DNA from: Anaerolineae bacterium
GTDB taxonomy: Bacteria > Chloroflexota > Anaerolineae > 4572-78 > NAK82
Direction: 5' to 3'
Length of the DNA: 64,000 bases
NCBI GenBank assembly: GCA_034436775.1
Contig: DAOTVI010000082.1
Span: 2,753-66,752 of the forward strand
The notes under the pieces are model-generated. The model ran no database searches and was not told the origin of the DNA. It saw nothing but the letters and a program-made list of their open reading frames with translations. Positions 21,505-29,409 of the stretch are shown piece by piece (position 1 is the stretch's first letter; each line of letters starts with the position of its first letter). Made by a program: the position numbers and the translations under genes.

Positions 21505-22185
21505 TCATGGGTTTTCCATAAGCAGGCGTTCTTCGTTCAAGATTTGGAGACTGGCCTGGGCGCTGACTCCCAGACGCGTCGCGCCTGCTTCTATCAGGGC
21601 GATCGCATCCGCATAAGTGCGAATGCCACCCGCTGCCTTGATGCCTACAGCAGGTGGCGTCACACGACGCAATAGGGCTACGTCGTGCACCGTTGCCCCG
21701 CTCGGGCCATAGCCCGTTGACGTTTTTACGAAATCCACTCCTGCGGCGACTGCCAGCTGACAGGCGCGTACTTTTTCATCGTCGCTCAGCAGGGCACATT
21801 CCAAGATGGCCTTGCACCGCGCACCGTGATCGTGGCAGAGCCGCACGATAGCTCCCAGGTCATGCTCCACCAGGTCATAGCGGCCATCCTTGAGAGCGCC
21901 CAAGTAGATCATCACATCCAGCTCATTGGCGCCCCCGCGCAGTGCGCTGCGTGCCTCGTACCATTTCACCCAGGTGCTCGTGCCACCCAGGGGGAAACCG
22001 ATCGCACATGCCACAGCGATGCCTGTGCCGCGCAGCAGACGACTCGCGAGATGAACATGGACTTCATTGACCGCCACGGCGGCAAAGCGATGCTCACACG
22101 CCTCCCGGCATAGACGAGCGATTTGCTCGGGTGTGGCGTCGGCGCGTACCAAAGTGTGATCGGTGTAGGATGCAATGCGGCTCAC
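21505..22185 (-). CDS. deoC: deoxyribose-phosphate aldolase, copy 2 (no N-terminal extension)
   Basis: DHTL, IGFPLG, ELDVM, FVKTSTG (Schiff-base Lys), IKAAGGIR. Confidence 0.9.
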   Translation of the reverse strand: MSRIASYTDHTLVRADATPEQIARLCREACEHRFAAVAVNEVHVHLASRLLRGTGIAVACAIGFPLGGTSTWVKWYEARSALRGGANELDVMIYLGALKDGRYDLVEHDLGAIVRLCHDHGARCKAILECALLSDDEKVRACQLAVAAGVDFVKTSTGYGPSGATVHDVALLRRVTPPAVGIKAAGGIRTYADAIALIEAGATRLGVSAQASLQILNEERLLMENP

Positions 22186-22205
22186 AGGCCGCCCCCTTTG
22201 CCGCT

Positions 22206-23093
22206 TCAGGATGCTGAGCGCGCGCCTTCTATGATTTTAAGGCTGGCACTGGCGCCGATACGGGTGGCTCCAGCCTTGAGCATCGCCACAGCGTCCTGAT
22301 AGGTTCTGATTCCGCCGGCCGCTTTGATCCCCATATCCGGCCCCACTGTCTGCCGCATCAGCATCACGTCATGCAAGGTTGCGCCACCCGGACCAAACCC
22401 GGTCGATGTTTTGACGTAGTCGGCGCCCGCCTCTTTGGCCAGCTGACACGCCTTGATTTTTTCATCATCGGTCAACAACGCGGCTTCGATAATCACCTTG
22501 CAGATGGCACCGTGGTTATGACAAGTGCGCACCACAGCAGCGATATCTTCTCTGACCAAGTCGTAATCTTTGCTTTTGAGCGCGCCGATGTGGATCACCA
22601 TATCTATCTCAGTGGCGCCATCGTTGATCGCCTGCTGTGTTTCATAGCACTTGACATTGGTGGGTGTTGCACCGAGTGGAAATCCAACCACCGAACAGAC
22701 TCCGACTCCTGACCCGCGCAACAGCTGGGCACACAATCGCACGTGGACGGGATTGACGCATACCGTAGCAAAACCGTACTGGCGTGCTTCCTCGCACAGC
22801 TGAGCAATTTGGGCGTAAGTGGCGTCCGGCTTGAGCAACGTGTGGTCAATATAACGCGCGAGCTCCTGGGGCGTTACCTGTACATCCGATAAAATACCCG
22901 GGCGCCGCGTATCATCCCGAATCGTTTTCGAGAGGCGTTGCGCACCTTTCTCCTCACATTGCTGGCAAGAGGACGCGGTGTCCGTTGCTCGTTGCAAGCC
23001 ACCTGACCGACCGCTCTGCTCATTCAAAGCAGCCAACACCTGTCTGGTTATCTCCTCAACTAATGAATCAATCGTTTTGGGATCTAACTGCAT
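22206..23093 (-). CDS. deoC: deoxyribose-phosphate aldolase, copy 1, with N-terminal encapsulation-peptide-like extension
   Basis: [29 protein letters not shown]; N-terminus [18 protein letters not shown] followed by CQQC; probable start 23093. Confidence 0.93.
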   Translation of the reverse strand: MQLDPKTIDSLVEEITRQVLAALNEQSGRSGGLQRATDTASSCQQCEEKGAQRLSKTIRDDTRRPGILSDVQVTPQELARYIDHTLLKPDATYAQIAQLCEEARQYGFATVCVNPVHVRLCAQLLRGSGVGVCSVVGFPLGATPTNVKCYETQQAINDGATEIDMVIHIGALKSKDYDLVREDIAAVVRTCHNHGAICKVIIEAALLTDDEKIKACQLAKEAGADYVKTSTGFGPGGATLHDVMLMRQTVGPDMGIKAAGGIRTYQDAVAMLKAGATRIGASASLKIIEGARSAS

Positions 23094-23134
23094 ATGACCT
23101 CTCGATATTGACATCATCCTCTGGAAAGCCTCTT

Positions 23135-23845
23135 CTATCTCTTGAGGTAGCGTGCCTCAATGGCCATCATCTTGTCAATGCGCGGCTGATGGCGACCTCC
23201 CTCGAAATGGGTGCTCAACCAGGTCTTGACAATCTGCTTTGCCAAATTGGGACCCAGCAAACCGGCGCCCAGCGTCAGCACATTCGCGTCGTTGTGCGCG
23301 CGGCTATTGACGGCAGACATCTGGTCATAGCACATTGCCGCACGGATCCCCGGCACTTTGTTGGCGACCATACACGAGCCAATGCCTGCACCATCAATGA
23401 TGATGCCCCGGAAGGCAGCTCCGTTGGCCACATGTCGAGCGACCGCATAAGCGAAGTCGGGATAATCCACCGCTTCCTTGCTGTGCGTGCCGACGTCCAA
23501 CACTTCATAGCCCAGCTCGATGAGGAAGGGTTTCAGCATCTCTTTGAGCTCATAGCCTCCGTGGTCGGCCCCTAAAGCCACCACCTTGCCTGTCGCAGGT
23601 GCGGGGGTTGCCTGACCACTTCTAGCGGGTGCCTCCTCAATCAGGATCTTGCGCGCTAACGCGATCTCGCGCGCCATAGGAGTGACGATGGTGCCTGGCT
23701 CGATCTGGATTTTGCTCCCAGGTTCCAATTGCTCGATCTCTTGGCTGGTCAGCAGCCTATGTTCACCACGCCGGGTCTCGCGCAGCACGCGATGAAGCAC
23801 ATGGCGCACTAAATCTCTGATTTCTGCTTCACGAGGGTTCATCAT
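23135..23845 (-). CDS. rpiB: RpiB/LacA/LacB family sugar-phosphate isomerase with N-terminal encapsulation-like helix and extra domain
   Basis: [33 protein letters not shown]; N-terminal [14 protein letters not shown] and [10 protein letters not shown]. Confidence 0.9.
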   Translation of the reverse strand: MMNPREAEIRDLVRHVLHRVLRETRRGEHRLLTSQEIEQLEPGSKIQIEPGTIVTPMAREIALARKILIEEAPARSGQATPAPATGKVVALGADHGGYELKEMLKPFLIELGYEVLDVGTHSKEAVDYPDFAYAVARHVANGAAFRGIIIDGAGIGSCMVANKVPGIRAAMCYDQMSAVNSRAHNDANVLTLGAGLLGPNLAKQIVKTWLSTHFEGGRHQPRIDKMMAIEARYLKR

Positions 23846-24092
23846 AACAAGTGTCCACGGCACGTGAGAAACTGACGCTGGATCAGCCTAACGCGCATCT
23901 AGAACGGATTATAGGATGCCCACAAACGTGAGTCAAAAGGGGTGTTCAAGGCTTCGTCGGAACTGGGAGCAAATAGGGAGGCCAAAAGAGCACAGGCGGT
24001 ATCCGCAACGGACAGAAAGGCACGCACCGGCAATTCCACGCCCAGGATGCCGAATGTCACCGCCTCCAAAGGGTGATCACCGACGAGGTGTT

Positions 24093-25856
24093 TTAACGCC
24101 AGTCGGTCAGTGGGCCGCGTTTGCCGTAGTTAACCGCTGCGATGACCAGATCAAAAATGTTGACCATCTGATCTCCATTGAAATCGACCAGGGGGTCGCT
24201 GCCTCCGTAATTGCCAGCCACGGCGGCTATATCGAAGATGTTGACCAGGTTATCGCGATTCACGTCTCCGGCAAGTAGCGCTATCGTGCCGAGCGAGCCA
24301 GACGGTGTCGTCTTTTGTGCGCTCAGGAATCCAGGCCGCACTGCCCACAGACATGGTCCCCTCTGCCCCGGCGGCAGTTGAAAGCGGCCATGGGCATCGG
24401 TGGTGGCGACTTGATCCCCTGAAAGGGATGCGGTGCATGGTTGGCCGCTCAGATAGATCGCGGTGCCATCATGCGTGTTCCGACTCTGTAAGAGCACAGT
24501 GCCGCTGATAGGCGTTCCAGGTCCCGCTCCGCCTGTAACCCGCTGGACTGCCGCGTAGGCATCCACGCGCGGTGTGACACGGCCATTCCTCCGGTCAGTG
24601 ATGGGCACACCCGTTTCCTTGAGGATGCTCTCGACTTGCCCGGCCGAAAGCCCTGGCTGCGCCTGCAGCAACAAAGCAGCGACGGCAGAAGCGTGTGGCG
24701 TGGCCATAGAAGTCCCAGAACGGCTGCTCACCCCACCCCCTAGCCCGGCCGAGGTGATCACCGCTCCCGGGGCCAACAGGTCCAAGGCGGGACTGCTGTT
24801 GCTCGTGCAGGCGATCTGATCCACTGCCGTGCTGGCATCGGTGCAGATGGGGTTCGCGCCCCCCCATGTATACGCTCCCAAGTTGGCATCATAGGTGCTG
24901 CCGACAGCGATCACACTGGAAATACATGCCGGGGTCATCATCTTATCGGCCATAGCCCCGTTACCTGCCGCGGCAAATACAATGATGCCCGCACGTTGGG
25001 CTGCCTGCACCGCAGAGGCATATAGCATGCTATTGGCATCCGCCGCGTCGCATATGCCGGAATAGGCCCCTCCCCCCAGGCTGAGATTCATAATGCGCAC
25101 GTTTAGACGTGGCTGATTGGCGACGACCCAATCGATGCCTGCCACCACATCTGAAGTCCAACCGCTGCCGGCACTGTTGAGCACACGAACGGCCACGATG
25201 CCGGCATCCGGCGCGATGCCACGCGGTGCGACAACCCCACGCCCGGTGACAATGCCGGTGACGTGTGTGCCGTGTCCGTTCTCGTCGCGGGCGCTGTCGC
25301 TCTCATTGGTGTTCGCCGGTGGACACGTGCCATGGTTAAAGCAGTGTTGCGCCACAATGCTGTCATTGATATCCGGATGGTTGGGATCATATCCGCTGTC
25401 AAGCACGGCGACATTGACACCGGCGCCGGTGAACCGGAATTCACCCCACACACGGTCGGCACGGATCACGGAGGCACTTTCCCCTAATGCTGCCTGTACC
25501 GGTAGATCCAATGCGACGGCCTGCACCAATGGGTTGCTGAGCAACGCTTGCCAGCCCTGCGGAGTCACCGTACCGGCCAGACCCGGCACAACGGAGTAGC
25601 GATGGAGCGGTTGAAAATCCGCGCCGGGGATGCTGGCCAACACCACATCTTGCGCCTGGGCCACCACTTTTGCCTGTGCTGCGATGTCGGCACCCTCCAG
25701 AGGAGGCCGCAACACCACAACCACGCGCATCGATTGGAATGCATCCTCTCCCCATTGGGCCAGACAGGGCGGCGCCATAGATGCCAGAAGGGCAAGCAGA
25801 CCCAGCCATAACCACAGTCGAGGACCGATGCGACAGCCGTGATATATGGAGTGCAT
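24093..25856 (-). CDS. secreted S8 (subtilisin-like) serine protease with C-terminal X-module and dockerin
   Basis: Signal peptide, propeptide, triad VLDSG / NGHGTHVTG / GTSMATPH; C-terminal GDVNRDNLVNIFD...DFNGDQMVNIFD duplicated Ca-binding loops. Confidence 0.92.
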   Translation of the reverse strand: MHSIYHGCRIGPRLWLWLGLLALLASMAPPCLAQWGEDAFQSMRVVVVLRPPLEGADIAAQAKVVAQAQDVVLASIPGADFQPLHRYSVVPGLAGTVTPQGWQALLSNPLVQAVALDLPVQAALGESASVIRADRVWGEFRFTGAGVNVAVLDSGYDPNHPDINDSIVAQHCFNHGTCPPANTNESDSARDENGHGTHVTGIVTGRGVVAPRGIAPDAGIVAVRVLNSAGSGWTSDVVAGIDWVVANQPRLNVRIMNLSLGGGAYSGICDAADANSMLYASAVQAAQRAGIIVFAAAGNGAMADKMMTPACISSVIAVGSTYDANLGAYTWGGANPICTDASTAVDQIACTSNSSPALDLLAPGAVITSAGLGGGVSSRSGTSMATPHASAVAALLLQAQPGLSAGQVESILKETGVPITDRRNGRVTPRVDAYAAVQRVTGGAGPGTPISGTVLLQSRNTHDGTAIYLSGQPCTASLSGDQVATTDAHGRFQLPPGQRGPCLWAVRPGFLSAQKTTPSGSLGTIALLAGDVNRDNLVNIFDIAAVAGNYGGSDPLVDFNGDQMVNIFDLVIAAVNYGKRGPLTDWR

Positions 25857-26816
25857 TCAGTCGGCCCTTTCGAGTTGCTGCAATTCAGCCTGAGCGATCG
25901 GATTACCCGGATCGAGCGCCAACACACGCTGAAAGCAGATGCGCTTTTCGCTGATTTGATGCGCAACTAATCCCTTTCCCAGCCAGGCCTCGCTATTAGC
26001 AGGGTCTCGTTCCACCGCACGGCTGAACAGCTCGTGGGCAAGCTCCAGATTGCCCTGTTGCATCGCACGGCGGCCCTGCTCTGTCAGCGTAGCAGCCACT
26101 TCGCCGGCGCTTTGTTCTGCAACCGGCATGCCACCATTGTGCACGACCACCGCACCCTTCAAAGCGGCTGCGCGACGCCTCTGATACGCAACTGAAAGGA
26201 CGATGAGCATCAGCAGCCCCCCTCCAATCCCGAGAAGCCACCAGCCCCATAGAGCGGTGTCTTGTCTCTCCGACAAGCTGACGTCCGAGGGGGCAGACAA
26301 TACCAGGTTCTCACTGACCACCAGGATGGTGGTCAAATTTGAGGAAACCAGCTGAGCCCGCACGATCTCCACAGAATAGGGGCCATTGCCCAGAATGCGG
26401 AACGCGATGGTCGCCAGCACACCTTGCCCGCTGACAGGCGGTGCCGGATTGAGCAGCGTGGCCACAAAGGTGATCAACCCGGCCGTGGCATCCACCTTAT
26501 TAGTCACGACAAAACGTTCGTCGGCAGCTAACAAGGGGCCCGGAGCAATTTGGATGCCCTCTAAACGTGGATTGGCGTCCTCGACTTGGAGTTGGCTCGG
26601 ATCATAGCGCAGCTGCACATCGACGCCGTACAGATCTACGACGTCGGCCACCATAAGATTCACGAGCACCCGCCTCTCGTCCTGGAGGAGGACGGGCTGC
26701 AGATATACGCGCGCTTGCCCTTGAGCAGACACGCTCATGATAGGAGTCAGCGCAACAAACAGCGCTAAGACGAGCATCAAGAGCTTCATTATCGTGCGCA
26801 AGAACACCCTACTCAC
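25857..26816 (-). CDS. cohesin-domain protein with C-terminal TM helix and TPR region
   Basis: Signal peptide; DLYGVDVQLRYDPSQLQVEDAN...GIQIAPG...SGQGVLATIAF; TM followed by RRR; TPR AHELFSRAVERDPANSEAWLG. Confidence 0.8.
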   Translation of the reverse strand: MSRVFLRTIMKLLMLVLALFVALTPIMSVSAQGQARVYLQPVLLQDERRVLVNLMVADVVDLYGVDVQLRYDPSQLQVEDANPRLEGIQIAPGPLLAADERFVVTNKVDATAGLITFVATLLNPAPPVSGQGVLATIAFRILGNGPYSVEIVRAQLVSSNLTTILVVSENLVLSAPSDVSLSERQDTALWGWWLLGIGGGLLMLIVLSVAYQRRRAAALKGAVVVHNGGMPVAEQSAGEVAATLTEQGRRAMQQGNLELAHELFSRAVERDPANSEAWLGKGLVAHQISEKRICFQRVLALDPGNPIAQAELQQLERAD

Positions 26817-26884
26817 CCCATCTCGGAGGACTCAGCCCCGCACAAACCTCTCTGACCCAACACCCTCGTTCAACTGAATAGTAT

Positions 26885-27550
26885 TTAACGCAACACTACT
26901 TCGATCGCCTGGGCATTTCTGTTCACCAGCGTTACCGTCTCGATTGTGATATCGGTGTCCGGAGCGATGGCCGCCTGCCCCAAGATCGTGGCAACAGTTC
27001 CGCTGCCATGGAATGCGGCAGCGTCGCCCAATTGAGTCGCAATATAGCGAATGATCCCCTTTGCATTATCCACATCGTTCACGGCCACGAAATCAGGTCG
27101 GGGTACTTCTCCCGGTTTGATTTGGATCCCGCTTCTCTCTGCATCGGCATCCGCGACCTGCCATTGTGTGGGATTAAATCGGATTGTCACATCCACTGCA
27201 TATAAATCTCGCACATTGTCCACCTGCACCATAAACGCCCTGTCATCCGGCGTACGCATCAGGCGCAGCGTCGCAATATCGGAAGAGTGCACACGTTCAA
27301 CCGGCTCCGCGGTCTTTTGCGTGAGTGAAGCAGCCTCTGTGTCACTCGACATAGACGATGCCGTCAGGGTATTCAGCGTCGAATCACCCTCTCGGGACAA
27401 ACCGGCCACAGATGGGGAAGGTTCACCTCCAATGGGGGTTTCGACCATAGCTGGCCCGGCGCCCCCGCAGCTCGCCAGGCCAAAAGCGCAGAGCAACAGC
27501 ACAATCGCTAATCCCCAATGCAGATAGCTGCGATGTCGCACGGAAATCAT
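26885..27550 (-). CDS. cohesin-domain lipoprotein
   Basis: Lipobox LASC (start reassigned to MISVR at 27550); DLYAVDVTIRFNPTQWQVADAD...GIQIKPG...PDFVAVN...GSGTVAT. Confidence 0.8.
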   Translation of the reverse strand: MISVRHRSYLHWGLAIVLLLCAFGLASCGGAGPAMVETPIGGEPSPSVAGLSREGDSTLNTLTASSMSSDTEAASLTQKTAEPVERVHSSDIATLRLMRTPDDRAFMVQVDNVRDLYAVDVTIRFNPTQWQVADADAERSGIQIKPGEVPRPDFVAVNDVDNAKGIIRYIATQLGDAAAFHGSGTVATILGQAAIAPDTDITIETVTLVNRNAQAIEVVLR

Positions 27551-27955
27551 AGACCCTTTCCCGACTGCGCTAACGAAACTTGATAATGGAACGGAAGTGT
27601 GACCAATTGTAACGAACGGCGCCGTAAAGGGCAACATAGCTGAAGCGGATGATAGCCACATTTCCAAGCGCACAAGGTCACCATGCCAGATGGGAAGGAT
27701 AATTGTGCCATACCAATACCTCCATCGCCATGATCACATGGATAGAGCGGTTCTCCTCGCCGAGGGATCGCAACACCCGGTGCGCGCCTCTCCCTCTCGC
27801 ATTTTCATGATAGAGATAGAAAGGGAGCGATCTCAACTATGGCAGTTCTGAAGATCATCCCTCAAAAACACCGAGGCCTCATCCGTGTTGTCACGGATAA
27901 GGCCTCGGTGGGTGCCACGCGGGTCAAGGTTTCGGTGTCCCCAAGAGCGACACTG

Positions 27956-28936
27956 TCAACGGGGTGGGATCAACAAGACCTGACCGGCTCGGATATAGTT
28001 GGGATTGGGGATATTGTTGTATGCAGCTAATTGCCAGACATTCACCCCGAAGCGGCGCGCAATGGAGAACAGCGTATCACCATACTGCACAACATACCGG
28101 CTGGGTGCCGGGCCGGGTCCGGGGGGCATAGGTCCAGGTGCCGGGATGATAAGCAGCTGTCCCACATAGATCAGGTTGAGATTGGGAATGTTGTTCAGCG
28201 ATGCCAGCTGCCAGATGCTCACCCCAAAGCGACGCGCAATCGAGTACAATGTATCACCCCGTTGCACGACATAGCGCGTCGGTGTCGGTGGCGGCGTCAC
28301 CGTCATCGGCGGTGGGGGTGTCAGGGTTACCGGCGGCGGGGGTGTCGGGGTCATCGGCGGCAGCGTCGGAGTCGGCGGGGGTGGACCACCACCGCCAACG
28401 ATGATGTTACCACCCTGCGAAGAGGCGGGCAGCTGTTGCCCCTGGGCATTGGCCAGATTGACCAGGCTGAACGTGAGATCAACGGTGCCTGCTGCCTGAC
28501 CGCGAAAGACAACGGTGGCCAACAGCCCGCTGCCGTTGACCGGGGCTTTCGGCGGCAACTGGGTCAGCGCATAACGGATGACGCCAGTTGCATTGTCAGC
28601 AGAGTTCAGCGCGACGAAATCAGGAGAGGGGAAATTACCGGGTTGGATCTGAACCCCGTCGCGGCCGGGATCGGCATCTTGGACTTGTAAGGCAGCTGGG
28701 TTGAAACGCAGCTCGATATCGGCAGCATATAGCCCGGAAGCGTTCTCAATGCGGATCTCGACCGTGGCGGTCTGCCCAATGCCTATTTGTTGGGTGCCTG
28801 GCTGGACACGTACCACGGTGCCTGCCTGCATAGCAGCAGCCGGGCCGACCGCGAAGAAACTGCCAATCATCATTGCTACAAGCACGATCCCAACTATCGC
28901 CGGCAACGAATGCCTGATATTCCTTCTCTGTATCAT
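27956..28936 (-). CDS. secreted cohesin-Pro/Thr linker-2x LysM protein
   Basis: [22 protein letters not shown]...GVQIQPG...PDFVALN...[10 protein letters not shown]; [17 protein letters not shown] and [17 protein letters not shown]. Confidence 0.88.
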   Translation of the reverse strand: MIQRRNIRHSLPAIVGIVLVAMMIGSFFAVGPAAAMQAGTVVRVQPGTQQIGIGQTATVEIRIENASGLYAADIELRFNPAALQVQDADPGRDGVQIQPGNFPSPDFVALNSADNATGVIRYALTQLPPKAPVNGSGLLATVVFRGQAAGTVDLTFSLVNLANAQGQQLPASSQGGNIIVGGGGPPPPTPTLPPMTPTPPPPVTLTPPPPMTVTPPPTPTRYVVQRGDTLYSIARRFGVSIWQLASLNNIPNLNLIYVGQLLIIPAPGPMPPGPGPAPSRYVVQYGDTLFSIARRFGVNVWQLAAYNNIPNPNYIRAGQVLLIPPR

Positions 28937-29409
28937 GGTTAACCTCCTGATGTTATTGCGATACCCCTTGCTCTCCGCACGAGCTTTCTGAGGAAGACCA
29001 CAATTGCATCTCCATCACCACGTTCTATAATATTGATGACGCGGTCGTTTCTCGGGTTGTTCCCTTAGCGCAAACCGATTTGGCCCACCCGAAAACGATC
29101 CTGACAAGTGCTTTAACGGCCTCAACCAATGAGCGTGCGCCTCTTGTATTCTCGCAACTTAAAGACCTCAAAGACGCCGAGAAGCGTGATGCTCTCAAAT
29201 AGCTTCGCAAAGCAATACGCAGTGGCGATGCTATCAAGACCTTCTTATTGTGAAAGTGCACCTCGGGTGATCCTTATGTGGAGGGCCAACAACTCACAGC
29301 GGCGCCATATGCGCCCAACGCGCCTATGTGGTGATGAAAAGGACCATGTGCCATAGCTGTACACCCCTTAGTATAGCACAATTTATGTAAAGAGTCAAGA
29401 GCTAAACGC

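Noticed and set aside
26858-26868. caacaccctc match to the MITE TIR upstream of the cohesin-TM gene (and gggtgttcaa near 23940)
   Set aside because: Only about 10 bp with no partner end or core motif; compatible with chance
28937-29409. AT-richer intergenic stretch with short protein-like fragments
   Set aside because: No consistent frame, SD or recognisable motif; treated as a divergent promoter region
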